DNA of 64,000 nucleotides. Origin: an uncultured Marinomonas sp. GTDB lineage: Bacteria > Pseudomonadota > Gammaproteobacteria > Pseudomonadales > Marinomonadaceae. The position numbers were made by a program, and so were the translations under genes. The DNA lies in contig CANLRQ010000007.1 of the NCBI GenBank assembly GCA_947493575.1, forward strand, positions 40,208 through 104,207, read 5' to 3'. Under the pieces are notes generated by a model, which had not been told where the DNA came from, made no database searches, and worked only from the letters and a program-made list of their open reading frames with translations. Shown here piece by piece: positions 1-11,076 of the stretch (its first letter is position 1; each line of letters begins with the position of its first letter).

Positions 1-235
1 CCGCTACAGAGACTGCATTGGCGACCGTATTAGGAATATCATGGAACTTTAAATCAAGGAAAATATCGAAGCCTAATGTATGTAATTCATCTAAAATTGC
101 AGGACCAACACGAGTAAACAACTCTTTTCCAACTTTAACTCGGCACTGGGATGGGTCAAGGCGTTGTGCCATTTTCATTGCATCTTCTAAAGTAGGGTAA
201 TCTAATGCAACAACGATGGGAGACTGGCAGGACAT
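1..235 (-). CDS. pyrF: Orotidine-5'-phosphate decarboxylase, 5' part (runs off the window edge)
   Basis: Manual translation from ATG at 235: [14 protein letters not shown]...KVGKELF...[16 protein letters not shown], which includes the [15 protein letters not shown] signature. Confidence 0.95.
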   Translation of the reverse strand, partial: MSCQSPIVVALDYPTLEDAMKMAQRLDPSQCRVKVGKELFTRVGPAILDELHTLGFDIFLDLKFHDIPNTVANAVSVA

Positions 236-305
236 TATGTTTCCTCTGATTTTATATAGGTGGTTCTAAACTTTTTATAGATTTGAAATAAGTAGGTCGA
301 CTTAG

Positions 306-1478
306 TTACTCGCCTTCTAATCCATGAATCGGTTTTACTGTGCCCCAGTTTTTACAACTTGGACACTGCCAATGCAGTTGATGGCCTGAAAAGCCACATT
401 GACGACATAGGTATTTGTGTTTTACTTGAGCCAAATGTTCTATCAGCTCAAAAATAACTTGTAGATGCTCACTGTTTTGGCCTTGAGAGGTGTCCAATTG
501 CATTCTAATTAATTCTTTAAAACCTTTAATTGTTGGATGCAATTGTAATTGCTCAATTAAAAACCTCTCCGCATAATGAAGGTCATCTTTCGCATAGTGA
601 TGAGCAATTTCCATCATCAAAGAAGCTGAAGGACGGAGTTTATTTTGTTCTGTCAGGAATTTTAAATACCCTCCTGAACTCCACACCTTGTCATAACACT
701 CTTTTAATTGAGGTAATATAACGGGTATAAATTCTTTATCTTGAATCGCTACTTGTTTTAGGTCTTTTATTGCTTCCCTAAACCTTTGTTGCTCTACAAG
801 CACACCAGCAGAGCCAATACTGGCCCGAACACATTTTTCATCAACATTTAATGCGGAGATATAATGTTCGTAAGCCTTTTGTAGCTGTTCTTTATTCTGC
901 ATTGATTGGGCAATTTCACAATGATAGTGAGCCAATCGTTTAGATATTTTATCATTGTTTTTAATAATATTAAGCTGCGTGCCAATCTGAATGGCCTTAT
1001 CCCAACTTTGTTCAAACTCATACAGATCAACCAACAAGGTTAATATCATCGGTTGAAATTCTGTATTAGATCCAGCAATATTTAATAACAGACGTTCCGC
1101 GCGATCTAATAAACCAGCAGACATAAAGTCGCTAGCCAGCTCAAGTTGGACTAGACGCATTTCCCTTGGGCTGATCTCAGGCCGTGATAATAAATTTTGA
1201 TGAACGTTAATGGCTTTTTGAATTTCGCCTTTTTTGCGAAATAAATTACCTATTGTGAGATGTATTTCAAACGTCTCAGAATTGACTTGTAGTGAATCGA
1301 CAAAAGCATCTATTGCCTCAGAGTGTTGATCATTTAATAAATGATTTAACCCCCTAAAATAATCTTTCGGTATTCCTTTGTCTGTAACTTTTTTTGCTTC
1401 CTTTGGTTTTCGGTTGCCTAAAAACCAGCCAAGGGCCAAGGCAACGAAAAGGACAGCAAATAAGCCTACATCAATCAA
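306..1478 (-). CDS. lapB: LPS assembly protein B (TPR repeats plus C-terminal rubredoxin-like CxxC...CPSC)
   Basis: N-terminal TM segment, YFRGLNHLL, TPRs, CRQCGF...WQCPSC; canonical ihfB-lapA-lapB-pyrF order. Confidence 0.95.
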   Translation of the reverse strand: MIDVGLFAVLFVALALGWFLGNRKPKEAKKVTDKGIPKDYFRGLNHLLNDQHSEAIDAFVDSLQVNSETFEIHLTIGNLFRKKGEIQKAINVHQNLLSRPEISPREMRLVQLELASDFMSAGLLDRAERLLLNIAGSNTEFQPMILTLLVDLYEFEQSWDKAIQIGTQLNIIKNNDKISKRLAHYHCEIAQSMQNKEQLQKAYEHYISALNVDEKCVRASIGSAGVLVEQQRFREAIKDLKQVAIQDKEFIPVILPQLKECYDKVWSSGGYLKFLTEQNKLRPSASLMMEIAHHYAKDDLHYAERFLIEQLQLHPTIKGFKELIRMQLDTSQGQNSEHLQVIFELIEHLAQVKHKYLCRQCGFSGHQLHWQCPSCKNWGTVKPIHGLEGE

Positions 1479-1482
1479 CCCA

Positions 1483-1806
1483 TTACTCCTCGCTCACATC
1501 AAGCTCTTTAGTAATGGAGTCTTTACGAAGGTCATCCAATTCCGTTTGAGTTTTTGTAAGACGTTTTTTAAGTAATCGAACGTTTCGATCAGATCTTAGG
1601 ATAACGACAGAGCTAGAAACCAAAGCCACAATAGCCCCTAACGCAAACGCTAAGATTAAATAAAGAGCGATGCTAAATTCCGGAGATTGCCAAATAACAA
1701 AATCAAGGCGAATTAATTGAGGATTACGAACAGCAAAAAATACACCAATGACAAGTAAGGTAAAAAGAATCAATGCACCAATAATACGGTATAACCACTT
1801 TAACAT
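1483..1806 (-). CDS. lapA: LPS assembly protein A (two TM segments)
   Basis: FAVRNPQ..LDF motif, two hydrophobic helices, coiled-coil tail; position upstream of lapB. Start set at ATG 1806 (ORF track extends to 1821). Confidence 0.85.
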   Translation of the reverse strand: MLKWLYRIIGALILFTLLVIGVFFAVRNPQLIRLDFVIWQSPEFSIALYLILAFALGAIVALVSSSVVILRSDRNVRLLKKRLTKTQTELDDLRKDSITKELDVSEE

Positions 1807-1879
1807 GAGAAGACCCACCACAAAATTAATGAGGTCATTATGCCGTGATCAGCTTAAAAATTCGAGGTAAAAGGCAAAT

Positions 1880-2185
1880 TTAGTTGAGTTCTGTCAGATC
1901 TGCATTCGGATCATTTACCAACTCTCTCAATTCTTTACCTGGTTTAAAATGAGGAACGTATTTCGCATCCAATTCAACAGAATCTCCTGTTTTAGGATTA
2001 CGACCAATTCGTGGTGCTCGATAATGCAAGGAAAAACTGCCGAAACCACGTATTTCAATCCGCTCACCATAAGCCAATGCTTCAGACATATGTTCCAATA
2101 TCGCTTTCACCGCCAATTCCACATCCTTAACAGGAAGGTGTGACTGCTGATCAATAAGCAACTCTATCAACTCTGATTTTGTCAT
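1880..2185 (-). CDS. ihfB: Integration host factor beta subunit
   Basis: MTKSELIE...[26 protein letters not shown]...[12 protein letters not shown]. Confidence 0.97.
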   Translation of the reverse strand: MTKSELIELLIDQQSHLPVKDVELAVKAILEHMSEALAYGERIEIRGFGSFSLHYRAPRIGRNPKTGDSVELDAKYVPHFKPGKELRELVNDPNADLTELN

Positions 2186-2395
2186 CTCAATTCTCACGCC
2201 TAAATTTTGATCATACCCTAAGACTAGCTAAATCTAGAAAGAAAGCAATAAGTTAAGTCGTTTATGGGTACTTTTTTGCACTCTTTTTTAAGAAAAAATG
2301 CATAATATCCCTAAACTATAAACCTAACCACCTAGCATCGGGTTCAATGTGCTTTTATAATGCGTTAAATTTTTAATCCATTGGAAGAGAACATA

Positions 2396-2926
2396 ATGAG
2401 CTATTCGAACATTCCTGCAGGCAAAGACGTACCAAACGATATCTATGTAACGATTGAAATCCCAGCGCAAAGCTCTCCTGTAAAATATGAAATTGATAAA
2501 GACATGGACGCACTTTTAGTTGACCGTTTCATGGCCGCACCTATGTTTTACCCAGCTAACTACGGTTATATTAATAACACATTGGCTGACGACGGTGATG
2601 CGGTGGATGTGCTTGTGGTAACACCTCATCCAGTAGTACCAGGCTCTGTTATTCGCTGCCGTCCAGTTGCTGTATTAAATATGACAGATGAAGCTGGTAC
2701 AGACGCTAAATTACTTGCTGTTCCTCACGATAAATTAACAACAATTTATTCTGATGTACAAGATATGAACGATGTTCCTGAATTACTACGTAATCAAATT
2801 GAACACTTCTTTGAAAACTACAAAACACTTGAAAAGAATAAGTGGGTAAAAGTTGAAGGATGGGCAGATGCAGCCGCTGCAAAAGCCATTATTGTTGAAG
2901 GTATTGAAGCTTACAACGCTCAATAA
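2396..2926 (+). CDS. ppa: Inorganic pyrophosphatase (family I)
   Basis: [19 protein letters not shown] motif, D-AKLLAVP; start at ATG 2396. Confidence 0.96.
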   Translation: MSYSNIPAGKDVPNDIYVTIEIPAQSSPVKYEIDKDMDALLVDRFMAAPMFYPANYGYINNTLADDGDAVDVLVVTPHPVVPGSVIRCRPVAVLNMTDEAGTDAKLLAVPHDKLTTIYSDVQDMNDVPELLRNQIEHFFENYKTLEKNKWVKVEGWADAAAAKAIIVEGIEAYNAQ

Positions 2927-2966
2927 TCATTACCTTATCTAACAAAGATAAAAATCTCGTCTAAAT

Positions 2967-3010
2967 AAAAAACCCTCAATAATAGAAATCTACTATTGAG
3001 GGTCATTTTT
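2967..3010. terminator. Probable bidirectional intrinsic terminator between convergent ppa and trxB
   Basis: ACCCTCAATA...TATTGAGGGT inverted repeat flanked by A and T runs. Confidence 0.7.
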
Positions 3011-3066
3011 AAATGAGGTTTTTTTTCGTCTACACTTTCTATAAGAATTTTTTCTCTAAACTCTTA

Positions 3067-4017
<951 letters not shown>

Positions 4018-4155
4018 TTACATCACTCCTAAATTATTAAACGGACCAGAGAGAAAAGCCTACTGGTTTTCCTATTTGGCGCGCATTGTATCAAACCGCA
4101 GCCAAAAACAGGACGAATTATTTCTATAGGGTAAATAGGGACTAACTATAAAGAA

Positions 4156-4911
4156 TCAATGTGCCTGACAAACTTTACATTTTGGATCTGAGGTCAATTT
4201 TAATTCCCGCCATTGCCCGTTAAAACCATCAAATAGTTTTAATAGCCCATGTTTTACCTGGCCACATTGACTAATTATTTTTAATGCTTCTAATGATTGC
4301 AGCACACCTATACTGCCCACAACCGGGCTAATAATACCAGATTGACTGCAATTTAATGCTTCTGAGGAGAGATTAGGGTACAAACATTGATAGCAAGGGG
4401 TGGCATTTTGATCAAAGCGAAAGCTAATAATTTGACCTTCCCAGCGAATCGCCGCCGCACTCACTAAAGGCGTTTTATGATGATAACAAAAACGATTAAT
4501 CTGTTGACGGATGGTAATGTTATCTGTGCAATCCAGTACTAAGTCAACTTGCTCAATTTGTTTCGCAAGTTCATCTTCAGACAAACGTTGATCGATTACC
4601 TCTAAACGGCTTGATGAATTCAATGCAGCCAATTGTTGCTTTGCTGCATGGACTTTCTTTTGTCCTACATTGTCTTCTCGATAAAGCACTTGACGCTGCA
4701 AATTACTATTTTCAACCACATCATCATCAACTAAAACAAGGTGGCCTATTCCTGCAGCTACTAGATACGAAGCCGCGATATTCCCTAAACCACCCACACC
4801 CACTATCAAAACACGGGCATCAAGTAGCCTTTGTTGTCCTAAATAGTCAAAGTTGGCTAATAATATCTGTCTACTGTAACGATCAAGCTGAATTTCATTC
4901 ATAAATTTCAC
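4156..4911 (-). CDS. moeB: MoeB/ThiF-family E1-like adenylyltransferase
   Basis: RYSRQI, GVGGLG, SNLQRQ, DCTDN, CYQC and C-terminal CKVC zinc motifs; moeB versus thiF not resolvable by eye. Confidence 0.8.
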   Translation of the reverse strand: MKFMNEIQLDRYSRQILLANFDYLGQQRLLDARVLIVGVGGLGNIAASYLVAAGIGHLVLVDDDVVENSNLQRQVLYREDNVGQKKVHAAKQQLAALNSSSRLEVIDQRLSEDELAKQIEQVDLVLDCTDNITIRQQINRFCYHHKTPLVSAAAIRWEGQIISFRFDQNATPCYQCLYPNLSSEALNCSQSGIISPVVGSIGVLQSLEALKIISQCGQVKHGLLKLFDGFNGQWRELKLTSDPKCKVCQAH

Positions 4912-4992
4912 TTTTTATAAAATCTTACTGTTTGTAGTAATCAATACTTTGATAAAATACTTCATTCTATTTTTAACGAGCTCCATCAACTA

Positions 4993-6291
4993 ATGAAATT
5001 TCCCGGCCGAAGAAAACTCAAACATTATTTTCCCGTTTCGCAATCCAAACCTATCTTACCGTTTTCCGAAGTTCGGCCAGATAAAGATACTTACATTGTT
5101 GGTTTAGATGAAACCATAGTTGATGTTGTTGCAAGCGTAGGTGATGAATTTTTAGAGCGCTATAATATCACTAAAGGTTTATCAAACTTAGTAGATCATC
5201 AGGTTGCCACAAAAATTTATAGTGAATTAGTAGAAAAGGGCTGTATCTCAGACCATTTTGCCGGCGGAACCATTGGTAATACGCTGCATAATTACTCAGT
5301 TCTAGCCGATGATAAATCTGTCCTTCTTGGTGTAATGTCATCCAATATCAAACTGGGCTCACCTGCTTACCACTACATTTGCCATACTAGTAGTAAAGTA
5401 GACATGAATCACTTACAGGGCGTTTCAGGGGACATTGGACGTGGTATTACACTAATAACGCCAGATGGTGAACGTACCTTTGCTATTGCACCTGGCGACA
5501 TGGATGAATTAAATGAAGACAATATTCCTGAAGATATTATTGCTGGTGCTTCCGCATTTGTAACCTGTGCTTACCCAATAAGACACCATGGAAAACCCAT
5601 TAAAAAAGCCTTAACTCAATCATTAGAATATGCCCAAAAGCACTGTATACCTGTAGTGATGTCATTAGGAACGCAGCACTTAGTCACCGAAAATCACTCT
5701 GAATTGATGGACATCATAAATGAGTACGTCGATATTTTGGCAATGAATGAGCTTGAAGCTGAAGCATTAACAGGGCATAAAGACCCACTATTAGCGGCCA
5801 ATGCGGCATTAGAATATGTTGATATGGTTTTACTAACAGCTGGTCCTAATGGTTTGTATTTATGCGGTTATGCAGATGAAGCGTCTAAACGTAAAACATC
5901 TAATCCTATTAAGTCCGGTTTACTTGAAGATTTTAATGCCTATGAATTTAGTCGTCCTATTTCGGAAAAAGAGTGTGATGAGCCTATTAAAGTCTTTTCT
6001 CATATTGACCCTTACATGGGTGGCCCTGAAAAAATAAAAAACACTAACGGGGCAGGTGATGGCGCTTTATCTGCTTTATTACACGATATTGCTGCCAACA
6101 ATTTCCATAAAGATGTTGTACCTCAATCTAGCAAACATCGGATAAACTACTTAGCCTATTCCTCCTTCGCACAGATTTGTAAATACTCCAATCGAGTCAG
6201 TTACGAAATTCTTGCTCAAAATGCCCCTCGACTTTCAAAAGGGTTACCAGAAAAAGAAGATAGCCTTGAAGAAAGCTACTGGGAGCGCTAG
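4993..6291 (+). CDS. gsk: Inosine/guanosine kinase (PfkB family)
   Basis: MKFPGRRKLKHYFPV N-terminus, GGTIGNTLHNYS, NTNGAGDGAL. Confidence 0.92.
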   Translation: MKFPGRRKLKHYFPVSQSKPILPFSEVRPDKDTYIVGLDETIVDVVASVGDEFLERYNITKGLSNLVDHQVATKIYSELVEKGCISDHFAGGTIGNTLHNYSVLADDKSVLLGVMSSNIKLGSPAYHYICHTSSKVDMNHLQGVSGDIGRGITLITPDGERTFAIAPGDMDELNEDNIPEDIIAGASAFVTCAYPIRHHGKPIKKALTQSLEYAQKHCIPVVMSLGTQHLVTENHSELMDIINEYVDILAMNELEAEALTGHKDPLLAANAALEYVDMVLLTAGPNGLYLCGYADEASKRKTSNPIKSGLLEDFNAYEFSRPISEKECDEPIKVFSHIDPYMGGPEKIKNTNGAGDGALSALLHDIAANNFHKDVVPQSSKHRINYLAYSSFAQICKYSNRVSYEILAQNAPRLSKGLPEKEDSLEESYWER

Positions 6292-6332
6292 CCATTAAAT
6301 AGCTCAGTCATTATTGAGTTATTTCGCGCATT

Positions 6333-6358
6333 AAAAAGCCAACTTTCGTTGGCTTTTT
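6333..6358. terminator. Bidirectional intrinsic terminator between gsk and cheW
   Basis: AAAAAGCCAAC-TTTC-GTTGGCTTTTT perfect hairpin. Confidence 0.85.
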
Positions 6359-6395
6359 AATTATTTCATCACATAGAAATTAGACAATGTTCAAA

Positions 6396-6902
6396 TTACA
6401 TTGCTTCAATTCCTAAGGCATCATTTCTTTCGAACATACGATCAAGTTCAAGCAAAATAACAAGTTCTTCTTCTTTCTGATAAACACCTTGAATAAACAT
6501 CAAAGCTTCATCATTACCAACACTTGGGCTTTGCTCAATTTCACCTTGATACAAGTAGAATACTTCTTGTACTGCATCAACCAAAAGGCCAACTTGTTCG
6601 CCTTCATGCTCAATAATGATAATTCGAGTGTTATCAGTAATGGTACATTCAGGTAAGCTAAAACGAACACGAGTGTCCACAACAGTTACAACATTACCAC
6701 GAAGGTTCACAATGCCTAATACATAAGCAGGCGCCCCTGGGACAGGTGCGATTTCACTGTAACGCAAAACTTCTTTAATTTGCATTACATTAATACCATA
6801 CGTTTCATCAATAAGCTTAAAAGTTAGATACTGAAGTAACTCACCTTTTTTGCTTTCCACCACGGTTTTGCTGGAATCTTTAATTGTTGCAATCTCAGAC
6901 AT
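6396..6902 (-). CDS. cheW: Chemotaxis coupling protein CheW (stand-alone)
   Basis: YLTF.L.DETYGI, PVPGAPAYVLGIVNLRGNVVTVVD. Confidence 0.93.
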   Translation of the reverse strand: MSEIATIKDSSKTVVESKKGELLQYLTFKLIDETYGINVMQIKEVLRYSEIAPVPGAPAYVLGIVNLRGNVVTVVDTRVRFSLPECTITDNTRIIIIEHEGEQVGLLVDAVQEVFYLYQGEIEQSPSVGNDEALMFIQGVYQKEEELVILLELDRMFERNDALGIEAM

Positions 6903-7018
6903 GGCTTACATCCGTTTTGATTCTGTTTAAGAGAGTAAATTTGCTAACCAATTTCACTAGCGGTTATACATAGTTTAGCGAAAAGTTAGCAGATTTACCT
7001 TATTTTTTTAAGTAACAA

Positions 7019-7888
7019 TTAGTTATCTTGTTCTATTCCTACGATAGTCCAATTAGAATTCGCATCTGTCATACTTTTTTCTAAATGCCATAATTCTTTC
7101 GTATCAGTAGTATGCTCACCTTCTTTAATCCATCCAGTGAACTCTAAACTAATAGAAGCAATTGAACCAATATATTCCCCACGAACTAAGTTAGCCGTTA
7201 CAGAAACCACTTCTGTTTTTGGCTTATCTGTACCTAACTTATTACGTTCTTCTTTTAAAAGGTTATAGAGTTCAGGAGAGACATAATCTTGAATCTCATC
7301 AAAATTATTCTCATCCCAAGCAACTTGAAGTGCTTTATAATGATTCGTTGCATCATTAACAAATGCTTCCGCATTAAAGCCAGGAGGGAACTGCATTGCT
7401 GGAGCTGATGACTGCCCACCAAAACCGCCTGTGCTTTGGCCACCTTGTTCCGGTTGATTCATATTACGGAACATTTGGTTGTCCTGTGCACCCATGCCTG
7501 CGGCTTGAGCAGCTTGACGACGTTTGGGGGCAATAAAAAACTTGTATATCAAGAATCCAACAACGGCAAACAATAATATATCGCCGAATGCAAAACCTTC
7601 AAATGCGCCACCAGCAAATAGGGTTGCAAATAAACCACCAACTAATAGACCACCTAACAAGCCGCCACCCAAACCACCTAAAAAACCACTCTTTTTATTT
7701 GTGCCTGCGGCAGCATTACCTGAAGTTTTTCCAGTAGAAGCAGGAGCCGCTGTTTGTTTTGAAGTAGAAAAACTCTTACCAAAACTTTTACCGCCACCAA
7801 ACTTCTTGGCCTCAACATCACTACTATAGCCGCCAAAGCCCAACGAGAGTGCAAAGGCGACAATCAAAGCATAAACACTTGATTTCAT
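7019..7888 (-). CDS. Tim44-like domain membrane protein
   Basis: Signal peptide, AKKFGGGKSFG, Gly-rich TM region, C-terminal Tim44-type domain (LQVAWD...ELWHL...W.IVGIEQ). Confidence 0.85.
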   Translation of the reverse strand: MKSSVYALIVAFALSLGFGGYSSDVEAKKFGGGKSFGKSFSTSKQTAAPASTGKTSGNAAAGTNKKSGFLGGLGGGLLGGLLVGGLFATLFAGGAFEGFAFGDILLFAVVGFLIYKFFIAPKRRQAAQAAGMGAQDNQMFRNMNQPEQGGQSTGGFGGQSSAPAMQFPPGFNAEAFVNDATNHYKALQVAWDENNFDEIQDYVSPELYNLLKEERNKLGTDKPKTEVVSVTANLVRGEYIGSIASISLEFTGWIKEGEHTTDTKELWHLEKSMTDANSNWTIVGIEQDN

Positions 7889-7900
7889 AACTAACTCCAA

Positions 7901-8908
7901 CTAATTAAAATTCACTAATCCAACGGATTTTCTTAATTCTTTCAACAAACTTTGAGCACGAGCACGTGCTTTTTTAGCCCCAGCTTGAAGAATTTCTTCA
8001 ACAACTTCAGGTGAAGCCATTAATTCATTATATTTTTCTCTAGCTTCTGATAATTCACTATTAACCAACTCAAACAACTCTTTCTTAGCTTGACCCCAAG
8101 CAATGCCATCGGCAAACTTTTGTCGCATTTCAGCCGTTTGCTCTGGTGTTGCAAAAGCTTGATAGATTTCAAATACTGTTGAACCTTCTGGATCTTTCGG
8201 TTCACCCGGTTCTAATAAGTTGGTTACAATCTTATTAATGGCTTTTTTCAGTTTCTTTTCACCTTCAAAAAGAGGAATAGTATTGTTATAACTCTTACTC
8301 ATTTTTCGACCGTCTAAGCCCTTTAGCAAAGACGTTTCATCCCCGACTACCGCTTCTGGTAATACAAAGTGTTGTCCAAAAATGTGATTAAAACGTCCAG
8401 CAATGTCACGCGCCATTTCAATATGCTGGATTTGATCTCGGCCTACAGGCACTTTTTTTGCGTTGAAAGCTAAAATATCAGCCGACATTAACACAGGATA
8501 GCAAAATAGCCCCATGGTAATACCATAATCCGCATCTTGATCGGCCGATACATTTTCATCTACCGCAGCTTTATATGCATGAGAGCGATTCATTAAACCT
8601 TTACCAGTCACGCAGGTAAGCAACCAATTTAGTTCCGCAATTTCTGGAATATCAGATTGACGGTAGAAAGTCGCTTTTTCAGGATCTAATCCACAAGCTA
8701 GCCAAGTGGCTGCAATTTCCAAACGAGATTGTTGAACTCTAGCTGGATCATGGCATTTTATTAATGCATGAAAATCTGCCAGAAAAAAATACGTTTCATT
8801 ACTATCAATACGACTTGCTTCAATTGATGGACGAATTGCGCCTACATAATTACCTAAATGAGGCGTGCCTGTCGTCGTAATGCCTGTTAAAACAATCTCT
8901 TTCGTCAT
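7901..8908 (-). CDS. trpS: Tryptophanyl-tRNA synthetase
   Basis: HLGN (HIGH-like), [14 protein letters not shown]. Confidence 0.96.
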   Translation of the reverse strand: MTKEIVLTGITTTGTPHLGNYVGAIRPSIEASRIDSNETYFFLADFHALIKCHDPARVQQSRLEIAATWLACGLDPEKATFYRQSDIPEIAELNWLLTCVTGKGLMNRSHAYKAAVDENVSADQDADYGITMGLFCYPVLMSADILAFNAKKVPVGRDQIQHIEMARDIAGRFNHIFGQHFVLPEAVVGDETSLLKGLDGRKMSKSYNNTIPLFEGEKKLKKAINKIVTNLLEPGEPKDPEGSTVFEIYQAFATPEQTAEMRQKFADGIAWGQAKKELFELVNSELSEAREKYNELMASPEVVEEILQAGAKKARARAQSLLKELRKSVGLVNFN

Positions 8909-9042
8909 GTGTTCCTACTTAACTCACAAATAAAATTTGATGCCTACACTAACATAATAATCTGCTTTCAAAAATCAGACTCTACTTAAAATAATTGGGA
9001 CTCTCTGAAAAAGTTCAATTACTCAACTTAAGATTCTATTGA

Positions 9043-11076
9043 TTAATCAAATATTGACCAAAGTTTATCCTTTAACCCTGACAATCTTGTTACTTTGTTG
9101 TTAATCGCAAACCGTAGCGTCTCTTCATTACCCCATATAGAAAACGCCTCTTTGGCCCTAGTTATTCCGGTATACAATAATTCTTTGGTCAAAACAGGAC
9201 TGTTTTTTTCAGGAAGAACCAGCACGACTCGATCAAACTCTGATCCTTGGGACTTATGCACTGTCATAGCGTAAACCCATTCATAATCACTCAACCGGCT
9301 TGGTAAAAAGCCTTTAATGGAACCATCACTTAACTGAAACCAGACTCTCATTGTAGTCGTCTGAGTAGAACCATTTAATGTTTCTGGCATACAAATACCA
9401 ATGTCTCCATTAAAAAGCCCTAAACTAGGATCATTACGACGAACCATGATAGCTTTCCCTGCCTCCCATGTATGGTTCAGGTTTAAATATCCTCTTTGGA
9501 AAAAGTACTGGCACAAGGATTCATTAATGGCCTCAACACCAGATTCACCCTGACGAACAGCACACAATACCTGATATTTCGAAAATAACGCAAAAAGAGA
9601 TTCAATAGATAAATTTGAGCGCACACCTTGCCAGTACTCGGCATAACCTTTTCCTAATTCACTAATGTCTAATTTTTGAGCATTGGGTTCATCAATAGAA
9701 ATTGGATGCCACTGAATACTCTCATCTGGTGAATGATGAAGACAATAAATGGCTTGTTTTTCATCGCCTTGATTGACGGCATTGGCTAATAGCCCAATAC
9801 CGCTGTTACCATCAAAGCGATAACTTTTCCTTAATAGGGTCAAATGACGACTCATCCATTGAGCGTTGTATTCTGCTCTAACGTATGAAGAAAAGTCATA
9901 ACCCAACATATGAGTTAAATAGTTCGCCCAATCTGGAGAAAAATGGACGTCATCAATGCCTGCCGTCAAATCACCTAAAACCCCGCCTGCCTCAACTGAA
10001 GCCAATTGATCTTTATCACCTAATAAGATTAATCGAGCATGAGATGGAAGCGCATCAACAAGTTTGGCCATCATAGGTAAATCAACCATTGATACCTCAT
10101 CCACTAATAAAACATCCAAATGAAGCGGATTAGCCGAGTTAAAGGTAAATTCACTGCGACCAAAGTTCGCACCTAAAAGTCGATGTAAGGTTGATGCACG
10201 CTCTGGTATGGCATTTTTAATGTTTAAATCTACTGGAAGACTTTTCTTAGCTTTGCTAATGGACTCAGTTAATCTCGCGGCCGCTTTTCCAGTAGGAGCG
10301 GTCAACTTTATGTTTAGACTGCGTTGCGCTTTGTTAGCCTGCTGTACCAATAACGCTAATAGCTTAATAACCGTTGTTGTTTTACCCGTACCTGGGCCAC
10401 CACTGATGATAGAAAACTTTTGTGCCGCAGCGGATGCCACTGCAACTTTTTGCCAATCAACTTGATTATTTTGAACCGTATTATTTTGTTCTGCCGTATT
10501 TATTGGAGAAGAAAACAGTTCGTCCAACCAGTTTTTTTCAACTGTTAACACTTCAGCTTCAGCAGACTTTCTTAAGAACTGATAAACCGTTTCTTCATAG
10601 TAAAAATATCGGCTTAAATAAAGTCGACCGTGGCTTAAAACCAATGGCTTTTTTTCAATAACAGAGGGTTGAGATGATAAAGCCTTTAACGTGTCTACGA
10701 GAGACGATTGAGACACCCTTTGAGTCCATTCATAGACAGAACCAATACCTTCAAAAGCCAACACATCTTGCCAGATTTGTTTATCCTCTTTTGATGTTCC
10801 TACAAAAGCCTCTTGAAATACCTTTTCTAGATAAACACAAACATGTCCCATACCTAAATACGCACTGCATAGAACACCCGCTAATAAGGTGGCTGCATCC
10901 GTTTCTTTTGCATGCCCCATTAAAGAGACAATCCATTGCTCATCAATCGCTCTAATTACACCAGCATTACGCCATCTTGAAATTAATTCTTTGGCAGAGA
11001 CCACATCTGGCAAATCGATATGATCACGGTTAGACAATGGGGTTGATACGGTTTTTTTGCTATTAAAATAAGTCAT
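9043..11076 (-). CDS. recD: Exodeoxyribonuclease V alpha subunit
   Basis: GGPGTGKTT, APTGKAAARL, DEVSMVD, AMTVHKSQGSEF; start MTYFNS at 11076 overlaps the recB end. Confidence 0.95.
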   Translation of the reverse strand: MTYFNSKKTVSTPLSNRDHIDLPDVVSAKELISRWRNAGVIRAIDEQWIVSLMGHAKETDAATLLAGVLCSAYLGMGHVCVYLEKVFQEAFVGTSKEDKQIWQDVLAFEGIGSVYEWTQRVSQSSLVDTLKALSSQPSVIEKKPLVLSHGRLYLSRYFYYEETVYQFLRKSAEAEVLTVEKNWLDELFSSPINTAEQNNTVQNNQVDWQKVAVASAAAQKFSIISGGPGTGKTTTVIKLLALLVQQANKAQRSLNIKLTAPTGKAAARLTESISKAKKSLPVDLNIKNAIPERASTLHRLLGANFGRSEFTFNSANPLHLDVLLVDEVSMVDLPMMAKLVDALPSHARLILLGDKDQLASVEAGGVLGDLTAGIDDVHFSPDWANYLTHMLGYDFSSYVRAEYNAQWMSRHLTLLRKSYRFDGNSGIGLLANAVNQGDEKQAIYCLHHSPDESIQWHPISIDEPNAQKLDISELGKGYAEYWQGVRSNLSIESLFALFSKYQVLCAVRQGESGVEAINESLCQYFFQRGYLNLNHTWEAGKAIMVRRNDPSLGLFNGDIGICMPETLNGSTQTTTMRVWFQLSDGSIKGFLPSRLSDYEWVYAMTVHKSQGSEFDRVVLVLPEKNSPVLTKELLYTGITRAKEAFSIWGNEETLRFAINNKVTRLSGLKDKLWSIFD